DNA of 64,000 nucleotides from Candidatus Pacearchaeota archaeon (GCA_026414385.1 JAOAJC010000001.1:2384-66383); one strand, 5' to 3'. Positions 1-10,599 are shown, counted from the first letter of the stretch. Numbers and translations are program-made. Notes: generated from the letters alone by a model not told the origin.

Positions 1-962
1 TTTTTGCAAATTTTAAAAATCTTTGCAACCTCAAAAAGAGAACCATTTTGATTTGGTTTGATTATCATTGCATTAATTGATTTCATTTTAATTGCTTTTT
101 TTAATCTTCGGATATTGGTTGTTGTTAAATCGTCTCCGATAATAAGATGTTTTTTTACTATTTTAGAAAATCCTAAAAAATCCTCTTCATTTAATGGGTC
201 TTCAAGATAAAATAGGTCATAATCATTAATTAATGAATTCATATAATGAATTTGTGCTTCCCTATCTAATTGTTTATCTTTGTAATTATAAATTCCATTC
301 TTGAAGAAAGAAGATGATGCTACATCTATACCTATTCTTGTGTTTGTTAGATTGGAAAGAATTTCTAAAATTTCTTCATCATTTAGCGAACATTGTAAAG
401 CGCCTTCATCATTAACTTGTTTTGTATTCAATATTAATTTTAATGTTTTATAATTATCTTGCATTGATTTAACATTATCTTTGAAAGATTTTTCATTTGG
501 AATTAATAGGAATTCTTGGAAAACCGGATGTTTCTTGAATTTGGCTGAATGCAATCCGCCACCAATTGCATTGCCGACAGGAATTGGAAACTTTTTTGCG
601 TTAGGATTAATAACTTGCCATAATTCTTTTTTATTTTCTTTTGCAAGCGCCTTTAATATTGCAGATTCCAATGCGAAAAGAGCATTTGCTCCAAATTGTT
701 TTGCATCTTTTAAATTAAATTTTTTTTTGATAAGAGATTCAATTTTAGACAAATCATTAAATGAATTTATTTCAAATGGAATTTTTAATTTGTTTATTAC
801 ATTAACATTCCAATCTAAAGAAAAATTATATGATGGCGTTTCATGCTTGCCTTTTGATTTTCCTGAAGGAGATGATGCTTTTTGGTTATTAACAGAAACT
901 TCTATTGTTGGTTCGTTTCTTGAATCTTTTATTATTCTTGCCCTAACCTCTTTTATAATCAT
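1..962 (-). CDS. eno: Enolase (phosphopyruvate hydratase), truncated by the window edge (N-terminal ~320 aa present)
   Basis: Hand translation of the minus strand from ATG at 962 gives MIIKEVRARIIKDSRNEPTIEVSV...SPSGKSKGKHE, then NAIGGGLHSAKFKKHPVFQEFLLIP, IGIDVASS, YLEDPL, IIGDDLTTTN and IKPNQNGS. These are the classic enolase motifs in the correct order. The plus-strand ORF 481..999 in the track is its antisense shadow. Position next to rpoK matches the conserved archaeal rpoN-rpoK-eno-rps2 cluster. Confidence 0.85.
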   Translation of the reverse strand, partial: MIIKEVRARIIKDSRNEPTIEVSVNNQKASSPSGKSKGKHETPSYNFSLDWNVNVINKLKIPFEINSFNDLSKIESLIKKKFNLKDAKQFGANALFALESAILKALAKENKKELWQVINPNAKKFPIPVGNAIGGGLHSAKFKKHPVFQEFLLIPNEKSFKDNVKSMQDNYKTLKLILNTKQVNDEGALQCSLNDEEILEILSNLTNTRIGIDVASSSFFKNGIYNYKDKQLDREAQIHYMNSLINDYDLFYLEDPLNEEDFLGFSKIVKKHLIIGDDLTTTNIRRLKKAIKMKSINAMIIKPNQNGSLFEVAKIFKICK

Positions 963-1056
963 AAAAAAAATAAGAAAACAGAGTTTTTATAATATTTGAT
1001 TTAACCAATATATCAAAATGATTAATTTTTTAATTTAATTGGTAGAAAAATTGTGA

Positions 1057-1446
1057 TTATTCTTCTGTTGAAGAAGTTCCATTTGTGCTAATAGGTTCAT
1101 CAACATAATCCTCTATTTCGTCACCCTCAATTAAACCAAGTTCGTGCGCATCTTCTGTAAGTTCTTTTTCAACTTCTTGTTCTTTTGCAATAAGTTCTTC
1201 ATCAGAAATCTTTTCTTCTTTTACTGATAACTTTGTTTTTCTCTTTTGTGGCATTGGTCTTGTTACTGAAATTGGCAAGACATTAAGCTCAAGCTCTTTT
1301 TCAGCTATTTTAATAGGGTCAAAGTTCATTGTTTTTAATTCTTCTTCTTTGAACTTATAAAGAAATGGAGCATCCATTGCTATTTGTAGTGCTCTTGCGC
1401 CTATAATCCTTGCAATCTCATAGCGAGTAAATTTTTCGTTCTCCAT
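1057..1446 (-). CDS. rpoK: DNA-directed RNA polymerase subunit Rpo6/RpoK (omega-like) with an acidic C-terminal extension
   Basis: N-terminus TRYEIARIIGARALQIAMDAPFL is the Rpo6/RPB6 signature. Sits between eno and the exosome genes. Confidence 0.8.
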   Translation of the reverse strand: MENEKFTRYEIARIIGARALQIAMDAPFLYKFKEEELKTMNFDPIKIAEKELELNVLPISVTRPMPQKRKTKLSVKEEKISDEELIAKEQEVEKELTEDAHELGLIEGDEIEDYVDEPISTNGTSSTEE

Positions 1447-1457
1447 AGCGATATTGT

Positions 1458-2267
1458 TTAAAGAAACTTTTTAAGTTTTTCGTTCATTTCGTCAAATTTT
1501 TTTGATAGGATGTTTGTTATTTTTGAAATTTCTTCTTTTGAAAAGGATAATTCCCCTGTTTTTTGACATGAATTTACCATATATTGATTATTCCAATATG
1601 AGACTCCAAAAGTTATTCTAGCGTCGCATGCTTCCTCTTCTTCTCTTGTTGGATCCATGATAATTGAATTTCCTAATTTGTAAAAAGTAAAAGAAAAAGG
1701 ATATGTTTTTGAGAGTGGGAGTTTTTTTGTTGGTTTTTTCTCATAATCAATCATTCCTTTTTCGTCAAGAACTGGAATCATCGTGTTTTTTAGTGCGATG
1801 ATTGCCCCTATTGTAGATGCATCGATTAAATTACCATCGTCATTTATTGGATAGATGTCTATAAAAACCGTCCATACTTTTCCTTCTTCTATAAACAATT
1901 TTTCTAATTCTATCATACTTGAACCTCTTATTGCCCTATCAACTAATCTTGGAAGTTCAATCGCATAAAATCCTGGCGGGCCCATTTCAAATCTTGGAGA
2001 AGCAAGAGGAAGCAAATCACATGAAACTGATAAATTTCCTTTGTCTGGCGAATCTGGGTAAGGCTCGCCTGGAGCTAATTTAACTCCGACGATAACATCT
2101 GTTTTTCCAAGCCTTACTCTTGTAGAACCTTCTGCTTTATTTGAAACACCTATTTCTATTGAAATATCTCTGAATTCAAGAAGATTGCGTCCGTCAAATC
2201 TTTTTCCTTCTGCAAACATTTTTTTAAGAGTTTCTTTTGTTAGATTAGAGGTTTCCATTGATATCAT
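1458..2267 (-). CDS. rrp42: Exosome complex component Rrp42 (RNase PH-like, non-catalytic)
   Basis: 269 aa RNase PH-fold protein directly downstream of rrp41 with 4-nt overlap. Canonical archaeal rrp4-rrp41-rrp42 order. Confidence 0.8.
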   Translation of the reverse strand: MISMETSNLTKETLKKMFAEGKRFDGRNLLEFRDISIEIGVSNKAEGSTRVRLGKTDVIVGVKLAPGEPYPDSPDKGNLSVSCDLLPLASPRFEMGPPGFYAIELPRLVDRAIRGSSMIELEKLFIEEGKVWTVFIDIYPINDDGNLIDASTIGAIIALKNTMIPVLDEKGMIDYEKKPTKKLPLSKTYPFSFTFYKLGNSIIMDPTREEEEACDARITFGVSYWNNQYMVNSCQKTGELSFSKEEISKITNILSKKFDEMNEKLKKFL

Positions 2268-2965
2268 TTTATAATCTCCTTAAGCGCTTTTTTTTGCGCT
2301 TCATAAATTTCTTTGCAAGCGTTATCAGATAAAGAAATTAAGTCATTAATTAATTCTGGTTGAACTTTGCCATCAAATTGTAATAGAGTAAACTCGTCTG
2401 TATTTGCTATTCTTGCTATTGCAAAATCAGTAGAACCCTCTCCCTCTTCAAAATCTTCTTCTTCCTTTGTTAAATCAACGACAAGATTTTTATCCAATTT
2501 TCCAACTGCGACAGAACAAACTAAATTTTTCATCGGTATGCCTGCATGAGCAAGAGCCATTGAAGCAGCATTAATTCCTGCTGTTCTTGTTCCTGCATCT
2601 GCCTGGATTATGTAAATCTGAACATCAATTACAGTATTAGGAAAGCTTTTTAAGTCCACTACTGGAGAAAGAGCCCATTCGGTAACTTTTGAAATTTCTT
2701 GGCTTCTTCGTGACGGGCCAGGTTTTTTTCTGTCATGGACAGAGAAAGGCAATAAGTCATAATTTACACGAAGAATGCATTTAGTAGGATCTTCCATGTG
2801 CTTTGGGTGTAATAATCTTGGCCCATAAACAGCTGCAATTGCGACAGTATCTCCAAAAGCAAACATTGCAGAACCATCTGCATTTGGAATTACTCCAACT
2901 TTAGCAACTATCTTTCTTAATTCAGTTGGTTTTCTGCCATCTTTTCTCTTAAATTCTTTTGCCAT
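2264..2965 (-). CDS. rrp41: Exosome complex exonuclease Rrp41 (RNase PH)
   Basis: MAKEFKRKDGRKPTELRKI...AAVYGPR and GTRTAGINAASMALAHAGIPM are typical RNase PH/Rrp41 motifs. Confidence 0.85.
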   Translation of the reverse strand: MAKEFKRKDGRKPTELRKIVAKVGVIPNADGSAMFAFGDTVAIAAVYGPRLLHPKHMEDPTKCILRVNYDLLPFSVHDRKKPGPSRRSQEISKVTEWALSPVVDLKSFPNTVIDVQIYIIQADAGTRTAGINAASMALAHAGIPMKNLVCSVAVGKLDKNLVVDLTKEEEDFEEGEGSTDFAIARIANTDEFTLLQFDGKVQPELINDLISLSDNACKEIYEAQKKALKEIIK

Positions 2966-2966
2966 A

Positions 2967-3701
2967 TTATTTATAGTTTCTAAACCATTCCTCCATTTTT
3001 TCTGTTAGGCCCTCTATATGAACTTTTTCAACAACAAATTCTATTGCTTTTCTTGCTTTGATTTGATTATCGACTGAATCTGCTTTTATCCATATCCACC
3101 CATTCTGTCCAACAGTAATATTAGAAGAAGTATTTTCTTTTATTAAATTAATCATGCTCCCTTCTTTCCCGATTATTCTTGGGACGCGATTAGGATTTGT
3201 GTGAAAAACAAAACCCCCTTCTAATTTGCCAAGCCCTTTTCCCTTTAGAGTCAAATCTATCCCTTTTGATTTTACACCCCAGATTTTTGCAGCGACAATA
3301 TCGCCTATTGCAATAAACTGATCCATTTCTGCTTTTGAGACGAATTTAGGTGATTCTTCTATCGGCAAAAACGCTTGTGAGGCAGAACCAATATCAATAA
3401 TCCATCCGTGGAATGTAATGTCTGTAACTCTTCCTAAAACAACATTGCCTCTTCTTGGAATAAATGCGCCCGTGAGGGCTATAACTTTTATAACTCTGCC
3501 ACTTTCTTCTGCTAAACCAAACCGATTAGCGACTATATCATTCCCTTCTCTTCTTGTCCCGTCACCTGGAAGATAATCTTCTCCGCTAACTATTATCTCT
3601 CCTGGTATTACGGGTTTTCTTTTTGCGTGTTCGTATTCTTCGGAAGAAATTTCTTGTTCAGTTATTTCTTCATTAATTTTATTTTCTTTAACTTTCTTCA
3701 T
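2967..3701 (-). CDS. rrp4: Exosome RNA-binding subunit Rrp4 (S1 + KH domains)
   Basis: S1/KH-like sequence (VIPGEIIVSGEDYLPG...KIWGVKSKGIDLTLKG...KH-like tail). Start refined to the internal ATG at 3701 (MKKVKENK), which removes an implausible Cys/Phe-rich leader. Confidence 0.8.
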   Translation of the reverse strand: MKKVKENKINEEITEQEISSEEYEHAKRKPVIPGEIIVSGEDYLPGDGTRREGNDIVANRFGLAEESGRVIKVIALTGAFIPRRGNVVLGRVTDITFHGWIIDIGSASQAFLPIEESPKFVSKAEMDQFIAIGDIVAAKIWGVKSKGIDLTLKGKGLGKLEGGFVFHTNPNRVPRIIGKEGSMINLIKENTSSNITVGQNGWIWIKADSVDNQIKARKAIEFVVEKVHIEGLTEKMEEWFRNYK

Positions 3702-3888
3702 ATAATAACTTAGACAAAAGAATAATATAATTTTCTTTTTGTCTACCTTTTTCCTTTTACACAAAGTTAATAAATTGAAGATTTAAAAATGTTTCTATTA
3801 TGTTTAGGAAAAAGGAAAAACATTATTGATAGAAAGAATCTTATCAAAAATTTAGCAAATAAATAATAAAGTTTGAATCAAAAAAAGA

Positions 3889-4566
3889 TTATTTTTTTTC
3901 TGGAAGTTCTTCACTTTGTACTGCACCATGGGTTATGTTATTTAGTTTCGTATAAAAATCCATTTGCATGCCGGATGGAATATTAAGAATTACTGACAAA
4001 GAGCCATTTGGAAGCCAGTCCTCGCTTTCTTTAAAATCTTTTAAGATACCATAAACTTGTCCGGTGTATTGTGGCGGGATAGTAAGTTTAATTCTTTTTG
4101 TTTCTATCCTTATAGGTAAGATTGTTTGTATCTTTGTTATTAAATCTTGCATTTGTTGTTCTGCTGGCCTTGAATCAAAATTAAAATGAACTTCTTCTGC
4201 GGCCCTTCTTATTCTTTCTTCTGTATAAGGTCTGCCATTCTGATCAACTGCGTTCTTAACGACAAGATTAATTACTTGTTTTATTTTTGATTCTTTTTCA
4301 GCATCTCGAAATTCTTGGGTTTTTTGAACTTCTCCAGAAACAATAATTTTTTTTGCAATTTCATATAAATCTGTTGTTCCAAATGCCTCTTTTAAATCAG
4401 AAGAAGGGGCGACGTTTCCTTTTTTTATATCTGTATAAACTTGTGGTGAGTCAAGAGCAGAAATTATATCTCCTTTTCCAGATTTAACTTTAAGAGCTTC
4501 GTCTAAATCGACTCTTATCTCATAGGTTTTTCCTTTTATTTTTAATCTTGCCATAACTTTTGCCAT
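3889..4566 (-). CDS. sdo1: Ribosome maturation protein SDO1/SBDS homolog
   Basis: 225 aa with an SBDS-like N-terminal domain (KGKTYEIRVDLDEALKVKSGKGDI). Conserved neighbour of psmA and the exosome genes in archaea. Confidence 0.75.
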   Translation of the reverse strand: MAKVMARLKIKGKTYEIRVDLDEALKVKSGKGDIISALDSPQVYTDIKKGNVAPSSDLKEAFGTTDLYEIAKKIIVSGEVQKTQEFRDAEKESKIKQVINLVVKNAVDQNGRPYTEERIRRAAEEVHFNFDSRPAEQQMQDLITKIQTILPIRIETKRIKLTIPPQYTGQVYGILKDFKESEDWLPNGSLSVILNIPSGMQMDFYTKLNNITHGAVQSEELPEKK

Positions 4567-4668
4567 GATAAAAAAGAAAAGAAAGAGTTAATAAAGTTTG
4601 TTATAAATTAAATAACATAAAGCTTAAATAGAGTATTAAAAAATAAATATTATTGAGGTTATTCTAAA

Positions 4669-5394
4669 ATGGACATACCTACTGAGATGCAGCATCAAGC
4701 AATGGGATATGACAGAGCTGCAACTATGTTCTCTCCAGAGGGACATTTATTACAAGTAGAATATGCTGAAAAAACCGTAAGGTTGGGAAGTGCAAGTATT
4801 GGCATGGTTTGTTCTGATGGTGTAGTTATTATTGCGGATAGAAGAATAAGAGATAAATTGATTTCTCCCGAATCTGCAAATAAAATTTTTGAGATTGACG
4901 AACATATTGTAGCAAGCGCTGCAGGGATATTAGCTGACGCAAGAATATTAATTGAGAATGCGCAAGTGTTGGCGCAGCAAAACAGAGTTAGTTATGGAAG
5001 CCCTATTGAACCAATAGCAGTAATAAGAATGATTGCAGACAAGAAACAAATGTTTACTCAATATGGCGGGGCTAGGCCATTTGGAGTAGCGATATTATTG
5101 GGCGGAGTAAGTAAGGGAAAAGCTTATTTATATACAAGCGACGTTACTGGAAATTTTTTTGCTTATAGAGCTAATGCTATTGGAGAACATGATGAAAAGA
5201 TAAGAGAAATATTGAGGAGCGATTTTAAAGATAATATGACGATAGAGGAAGGAATTAGATTCGCATTAAAAATTTATAAAGAAATTCTTGACAAAAACTT
5301 TGACATAGAGAGATTTGACGTTGGATATGTAAAAATAAAAGAAGAAAAGCTTGTTAGATTGCACGGAGATTCTCTTAAAAAATTTTTGAAATAA
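4669..5394 (+). CDS. psmA: Proteasome alpha subunit
   Basis: GYDRAATMFSPEGHLLQVEYAEKTV is the proteasome alpha signature. 241 aa. Confidence 0.9.
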   Translation: MDIPTEMQHQAMGYDRAATMFSPEGHLLQVEYAEKTVRLGSASIGMVCSDGVVIIADRRIRDKLISPESANKIFEIDEHIVASAAGILADARILIENAQVLAQQNRVSYGSPIEPIAVIRMIADKKQMFTQYGGARPFGVAILLGGVSKGKAYLYTSDVTGNFFAYRANAIGEHDEKIREILRSDFKDNMTIEEGIRFALKIYKEILDKNFDIERFDVGYVKIKEEKLVRLHGDSLKKFLK

Positions 5395-5401
5395 AAAGTA
5401 A

Positions 5402-5809
5402 TTAAGGCAAATTAAAGATTTTTCTAAATATAATAGAGCTAAATAGGGAAGCAAAGATATAATACCATAACCAAGTTGTGGCGATTGTTGTTGCAACCAT
5501 CATATCTTTCATAAAATTAAAAAGAAAAAGTAAAGGGATGAGAGTTATAAGCATTGGTTTAAGAGAATGTCTCATTGTCTCACCCATGTGGGAAAACATC
5601 TCTTTTTGAAGCTCCATAAGTTTTTGAGGATTGTCTTTATGATTTTTCATTTCTTCCTGCAATTTTTTCTGTTTTTCTTTTATTTCACGCATTTTTTCTT
5701 TGTCAAGAACAAAATAATTTATAATAGAAATAAAAAAAGATATGAAAATAGCTAATACTATTATTGTTAGTCTGGGATATGAGGTAATTAAAGGAGTGAT
5801 TTCAACCAT
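5402..5809 (-). CDS. DUF106 family membrane protein (archaeal Oxa1/YidC/EMC3-like insertase candidate)
   Basis: TM1, a charged coiled-coil hairpin (KEKMREIKEKQKKLQEEMKNHKDNPQKLMELQKEM), KPMLITLIPLLFLF and further TM helices match the DUF106/PF01956 architecture. Located directly downstream of secY, as in many archaea. Confidence 0.55.
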   Translation of the reverse strand: MVEITPLITSYPRLTIIVLAIFISFFISIINYFVLDKEKMREIKEKQKKLQEEMKNHKDNPQKLMELQKEMFSHMGETMRHSLKPMLITLIPLLFLFNFMKDMMVATTIATTWLWYYIFASLFSSIIFRKIFNLP

Positions 5810-5848
5810 GGGAAAAAATAGATTTTTCGATATTTAAATTAAATGATT

Positions 5849-7237
5849 TTAAACAGTCATCTTTTTTATCATTGGATGCATGTCCATTGCGTGTTGATGT
5901 GCGATGTTTTGATAAAGCTGATAGATAATAGTTATTGAAAGCAAAATTGCCGTTCCAGAAGTTAGTGCACCAAGAGAATCTGTTATTGCTGCCAGTGTTC
6001 CAATTGCTATTCCACCCATAACTGTTAGAGGCATTATGTATCTTGATAAAATTGCTTCTAAAACCCTCTCGTCTTTTCTAAATCCTGGAATCTGTAATCC
6101 GGAAGCTAGAATTTTTTTTGCCTGAGATTGTGCGTCCATACCAGAAGTTTTAACCCAAAAAATAGCAAAGATTACTGAAAAGCAAACAAAGAAAATTAAA
6201 TGTGTTAAAGCTTGAAAAACATGAACAACCTGTAAGTTCCCACGAATTATTGCTTCAAGAAGATTAGAGTGTCCGAGCCAAAATGCAAATCCTGCTATTG
6301 GTTGTCCTTGGGAGAAAGTCCCTAAAAAAGTTGGATGGCCAAGCCATCTTTCCATAAGCGAGGCAAATAATTGAATGTTTGCTACAAGTGCTGCTGCTAA
6401 AATAACTGGAATGTTAGAAGTATAGAAAAATGCAAGAGGCCATTTCATAGAATACCCTCTTAATCTTTCATATGCGAGAGGAATCTCAACTTTTAGACTT
6501 TGAGCCCAAACAACTGCAAGAAAAATTAAAATTGTAACTGCTATGGCTGAAATTGCTGATAGTGCTTCTTTTGGAGCACCGCCTATGACTGCTTGAATTA
6601 TTACAAAAAGCTTTCCTGCACAAGGAGTATTCGCAAAATCAACAAAGCAATTTTCTCCGCTTGCTCCTATAAATTGAAATAAACTATTAAAAATACGCCA
6701 AGCAACTCCTGCGACTATAAAAATAGAAACTCCTGAACCAAAACCCCATTTTGTAGTAACCTCATCCATTAACATTATTGCTAATCCGCCTAGAATTAAT
6801 TGGAAGATTACTATTCCGGCGTATCCGGGAACTGCTTGGAGCCCACCCATTAAAACATAAACACACGCTTCAAAAACGATGAAAAATAAAACTCCTATTT
6901 TTTGTATTCCTTGGAAAAATCTTCTTCCATCCTCAGTATTTGTGTCTATATTTATTATACCTGAACCTACAAGTAATTGCAATATGATTGAAGCCATAAC
7001 AATTGGACCAATACCCAAAGAAATTATTGAACCAAAGTCGGTTCCTAAGATAATTGCAAGATATTCAAATCTTTCAAGAGAGTTTTGGGCAAGTCCAAAA
7101 AGTGATATGTTTGCTAATATAAAGAAAGCTACTAAAATAATAAGAGTCCATTTTAGTTTTACATTAAAACTTAATCTTTTTTCAAGAGGTTTTTTAACTT
7201 CTGGAAGAAATTTGAATAAATTTATGAGAGATTGCAT
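5849..7237 (-). CDS. secY: Preprotein translocase subunit SecY
   Basis: 462 aa polytopic membrane protein at the end of the spc-like r-protein cluster. SecY-like TM2/plug and GGxAxxxMxE-type segments. Confidence 0.9.
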   Translation of the reverse strand: MQSLINLFKFLPEVKKPLEKRLSFNVKLKWTLIILVAFFILANISLFGLAQNSLERFEYLAIILGTDFGSIISLGIGPIVMASIILQLLVGSGIINIDTNTEDGRRFFQGIQKIGVLFFIVFEACVYVLMGGLQAVPGYAGIVIFQLILGGLAIMLMDEVTTKWGFGSGVSIFIVAGVAWRIFNSLFQFIGASGENCFVDFANTPCAGKLFVIIQAVIGGAPKEALSAISAIAVTILIFLAVVWAQSLKVEIPLAYERLRGYSMKWPLAFFYTSNIPVILAAALVANIQLFASLMERWLGHPTFLGTFSQGQPIAGFAFWLGHSNLLEAIIRGNLQVVHVFQALTHLIFFVCFSVIFAIFWVKTSGMDAQSQAKKILASGLQIPGFRKDERVLEAILSRYIMPLTVMGGIAIGTLAAITDSLGALTSGTAILLSITIIYQLYQNIAHQHAMDMHPMIKKMTV

Positions 7238-7662
7238 TTTCCACCAGCCTTTTCTATTTTTTCCTTTGCGGATTTAGAAAAAGAAGATGCAGTTATTATT
7301 AATTTTTCTGTTATATCTCCATCCCCTAAAATTTTGTAACCTTTTAGGTTAATCTCATAACCATCTTTTGTTTTTTTGTATTTATCTAAGCTTGCATTAA
7401 TTTGGGACAAATTTATTATGTTGAGTTTTGGCTTAACGCGTCCTCTTCGTAAAGCTTTGTCTTTCCCAAAATATTCTGCGCCATAAAGTTTCATTACAAG
7501 GGTTTTTTTCTGTCCAGAGCGTTTTCCTGTTCCAGACATCCCTACTCCACCTTTGTTACCTAAACCCCTTGTTCTTTTTCTATGTCCTCTTCTATGAGTT
7601 TGACTTCCGCGATATCTTGTGCTTTTTTTTCGTTTTTTTATTTTCATTGTCAAATTTAACAA
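7222..7662 (-). CDS. rpl15: 50S ribosomal protein uL15
   Basis: [35 protein letters not shown] is the uL15 signature. Confidence 0.9.
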   Translation of the reverse strand: MLNLTMKIKKRKKSTRYRGSQTHRRGHRKRTRGLGNKGGVGMSGTGKRSGQKKTLVMKLYGAEYFGKDKALRRGRVKPKLNIINLSQINASLDKYKKTKDGYEINLKGYKILGDGDITEKLIITASSFSKSAKEKIEKAGGKCNLS

Positions 7663-7678
7663 TTTTATTGATTAAATA

Positions 7679-8008
7679 TTATAACATCCTCCTAATTAAA
7701 TCTTCTATTTCTTTATTTTCTCCAAGAACACCTTTTGGATAGTGTAATTTTGAATTTATTCCACCTCTTGGTGGATGAAGATTTAAAACAATGGATTTTC
7801 CTTTTTTCTTATTAATCTCGTCAATAAGTTTGGGGCTAATTTCTCCATAAGAAACAAAATTCCTTATTTTATTTAAAAGTTTAAGATTTTCTTTGTTTTT
7901 TTCCATTAAAATGAGAGAGTATTTCTTCCTAAGATGAAGTCTAAATAGTGTTTCTTTTATTGAAGATGGTATTTCTACAAGTCCGGATATTCTAATAACT
8001 GCGATCAT
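7679..8008 (-). CDS. rpl30: 50S ribosomal protein uL30
   Basis: MIAVIRISGLVEIPSSIKETLFRLHL is uL30-like. Correct position in the cluster. Confidence 0.85.
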   Translation of the reverse strand: MIAVIRISGLVEIPSSIKETLFRLHLRKKYSLILMEKNKENLKLLNKIRNFVSYGEISPKLIDEINKKKGKSIVLNLHPPRGGINSKLHYPKGVLGENKEIEDLIRRML

Positions 8009-8805
8009 AGTTTCATTTTGTTTGTTTTATTTAGAGCATCAATGCAAGCTTTGGCTAAATTAAATGTAGTTCGTGTTTGTCCTCTCGCGACTCCATAGAT
8101 ATCTTTTATTCCGGCAAGCCTTAATATTTTTTTACATTCATCTCCAACAACTAAACCGGTGCCTCTTGGTGCGGGGATTAATTTTATCCTTACACTCCCG
8201 CATTTGCCGTGAACAACAAAAGGAACTGTGTGCGGAACAGAACCTGGAGCTTCTTTTGATTCAAAACCCCTCACAACTTTAATTATACTAAGTTTGGCAT
8301 TTCTTATTGCTTTTTCTCTTGCGGGTAGAGTTTCTTTTGCTTTTCCCATACCTATACCAACATGTCCGTTTTTATCTCCGACAACAGCCATACATGAAAA
8401 TGATGGAACATTTCCTTCCATTGTTTTTTTCTGAGTTTGGCGCCAAGCTCTTCTTTTTCCGCCACCAAATTTCCCTTTTGCCTGCCCAATAAGAAGCAAG
8501 TCTGATTCTAAATTGAGAAGAGAATCTACTATTTCTGGTTCAAGAATTTTTTTGTGTTTTTCTAAAATTTCATCAATATCTTTTATTTTTCCTTCTTTAA
8601 CGAGCTTTCCTAAGGAAGTTTTTGGAACCCAAGAAGCAAGTTTATCTTTTGTTTCCTCTAATTTTTTTGTTATTTCTTCTTTAATTTCAATTGGAATTTC
8701 TTCCTTGTTTTCTAATTCTGCTATTTCTTTTTCTATTCTTGCGATTTCTTCAGGCGTTGCATCATATGTTACTTTTGGTTTTGTTGGTATATCTTTTTCT
8801 GCCAT
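8005..8805 (-). CDS. rps5: 30S ribosomal protein uS5 with a charged N-terminal extension
   Basis: GGGKRRAWRQ...VVGDKNGHVGIGMGKAKE...LIPAPRGTGLVVGDE is the uS5 core. About 60 extra K/E-rich residues at the N-terminus. Confidence 0.9.
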   Translation of the reverse strand: MAEKDIPTKPKVTYDATPEEIARIEKEIAELENKEEIPIEIKEEITKKLEETKDKLASWVPKTSLGKLVKEGKIKDIDEILEKHKKILEPEIVDSLLNLESDLLLIGQAKGKFGGGKRRAWRQTQKKTMEGNVPSFSCMAVVGDKNGHVGIGMGKAKETLPAREKAIRNAKLSIIKVVRGFESKEAPGSVPHTVPFVVHGKCGSVRIKLIPAPRGTGLVVGDECKKILRLAGIKDIYGVARGQTRTTFNLAKACIDALNKTNKMKL

Positions 8806-8806
8806 T

Positions 8807-9277
8807 TTATTCTCCTATAATTTTATCAAAAATTTTGGAAATTTTTTCTTTTTTTATCATTTCCATTGGAGGCAAACAATCCGGATTGTGAGGAATTTTA
8901 AGCCCGGAATCAATTGCTCCTTTTAGAGCTGCAAATAATCTTGATTTTTGAATATTGCGATTCATCCCTATATCTAAGATTGCTGATGTGATATTTTGCT
9001 TTTGTGCCATTTTCCCAACTAAAAATCCAGTTAGGTAAGCTGCGGATAGACTCTTTAAACTTCCTGATAGTTCTCGGGGCCAACCTTTTTCGAGAAGAAC
9101 TTTTGAGGTTAAACCAACAATAATTTTATCTTGTGCTATTTCTGACACGACTATTTGTGCGATTATGTAGCGATTTGTTTTTCTTATTACTAATCTTGGT
9201 TTTTGAGATTTCAGAAGGACCAATCTATTCCTGTAATCGGTTTTTGCTTCTCTTCTTCTGCGTTTAATTGTTTTCAT
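8807..9277 (-). CDS. rpl18: 50S ribosomal protein uL18
   Basis: RRRREAKTDYRNRLVLLKSQKPRLVIRKTNRYIIAQIV is the uL18 signature. Confidence 0.9.
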   Translation of the reverse strand: MKTIKRRRREAKTDYRNRLVLLKSQKPRLVIRKTNRYIIAQIVVSEIAQDKIIVGLTSKVLLEKGWPRELSGSLKSLSAAYLTGFLVGKMAQKQNITSAILDIGMNRNIQKSRLFAALKGAIDSGLKIPHNPDCLPPMEMIKKEKISKIFDKIIGE

Positions 9278-9292
9278 TTTCTGTCTCCTGTT

Positions 9293-9700
9293 TTATTGAT
9301 TAAATAATTTAATTCTTTCTTTTAAGTGAGCTTTATCTTTAAATAAAGAAGCTCTTATTTCTTTCCTTAATTTATAATATTGCTCTTTAGTTATTTTGCC
9401 TTGTTTTTTTAATTGTTTTATATATGAACGCAGATTCCTTACCATCAAAACATATTTTCTTTTTTTGTTTTTTGGAGATTTTCTGATGCTCCCTTTTCTC
9501 CTTCTTGTTTTTCTTTTGACAATTTTCTTCCTGCCTTTTATCTCTCTTATTAAAATTGCCCCGTCATTTAATAAATCCAATATATCTTGACGAGTAAGCG
9601 CTTCTTTTATATCTGCTAATCTCTCTTTATTAAATAAAATCCTGTCTTTTCCAACTTTGAGGACTTTTGCTGCGAATATTTTTTTCTTTTTAAGATTCAT
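9293..9700 (-). CDS. rpl19e: 50S ribosomal protein eL19
   Basis: MNLKKKKIFAAKVLKVGKDRILF is the eL19 N-terminus. Confidence 0.85.
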   Translation of the reverse strand: MNLKKKKIFAAKVLKVGKDRILFNKERLADIKEALTRQDILDLLNDGAILIREIKGRKKIVKRKTRRRKGSIRKSPKNKKRKYVLMVRNLRSYIKQLKKQGKITKEQYYKLRKEIRASLFKDKAHLKERIKLFNQ

Positions 9701-10059
9701 TTTCTACCTCGCGAATTTAGATTTAAAACTTTAATTTTAAGTTCGTCAGCTTTTTTTATTAATTCTAATTTTTTCTTTGCTCCGACTCTTGCCAATATTG
9801 CGATATTATCTTTTGTAAGAGATTCTAATTCTTTTTGATTATGAACTAATTTGGGAATTAATCCGTGTATCCTTCCAGATTCTTTTTTTGGAGTTTTATA
9901 TCCGACAGAAGGCATAGGAGAATATGAAAATCTCTTTAATCTAATTTTACTAGACTTGCCTCTCGGGCGTCTCCATTTTCGCAAGCTTTTCTTTTTCTTT
10001 CCGAGCCGAAGATATCTTACAGATTCTTGCCTAACAAAAGTTGGTTTTTTCTTTTTCAT
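9697..10059 (-). CDS. rpl32e: 50S ribosomal protein eL32
   Basis: KKWRRPRGKSSKIRLK...VGYKTPKKESG is eL32-like. Confidence 0.85.
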   Translation of the reverse strand: MKKKKPTFVRQESVRYLRLGKKKKSLRKWRRPRGKSSKIRLKRFSYSPMPSVGYKTPKKESGRIHGLIPKLVHNQKELESLTKDNIAILARVGAKKKLELIKKADELKIKVLNLNSRGRK

Positions 10060-10598
10060 TTTTTAACTCCTGGTTTTTCAACTATAAAAATGCCGTCTTG
10101 AAAAATCCTTCTATCACGATTCCTAATTTTGGTTGCTCTCTCAAAATTTGCGGCTGTTTGTCCTGCTGCGTCTTTATCATGAGATGAAATTGTGATTTTT
10201 TGTCCTTTTATTTCAACATCCACATTTGGAAGAATCTCTGCGTATCTTGGAGTTTTCTCACCAAGAAAGTTATTTATTATTAGTTTATTTCCCTCTATCT
10301 TTAAAGTCATTGGAAAATGAACAAAAACAGCTTCTAATTTATATACATATTTTTCGGTTAAACCTTCAAAGAGATTTTTTATATGTGCAATAAATGATTT
10401 TATTTTTTTATAATCATTTTTATTTCCTTTTTTACAAAAAAGGATAATCTTATTATCTTTGATTGTTAAATTTATGTTTAATAAAGGCAATTTTTTTTCT
10501 AAAACGACAGAACCTTTTTTACATTTGATAGTTTTGTCAATGATTTCACACTCTATTCCCGATGGAATTTCAAGTTCTTCAACATATTGTTTTTTCAT
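10056..10598 (-). CDS. rpl6: 50S ribosomal protein uL6
   Basis: uL6 two-domain sequence. Start refined to the internal Met (MKKQYVEELEIPSGIE) so the gene abuts rather than overlaps rps8. Confidence 0.85.
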   Translation of the reverse strand: MKKQYVEELEIPSGIECEIIDKTIKCKKGSVVLEKKLPLLNINLTIKDNKIILFCKKGNKNDYKKIKSFIAHIKNLFEGLTEKYVYKLEAVFVHFPMTLKIEGNKLIINNFLGEKTPRYAEILPNVDVEIKGQKITISSHDKDAAGQTAANFERATKIRNRDRRIFQDGIFIVEKPGVKK

Positions 10599-10599
10599 T

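Noticed and set aside
481-999. 172-aa plus-strand ORF in the track
   Set aside because: It is antisense to the enolase gene, which I translated by hand on the minus strand and which has clear motifs. The plus-strand product is Phe/Leu/Ile-rich with no motifs.
5266-5809. Track ORFs 5266..5496 (-) and 5567..5755 (+)
   Set aside because: They overlap the psmA 3' end and the DUF106 gene respectively in alternative frames, with Phe/Lys-rich junk translation.
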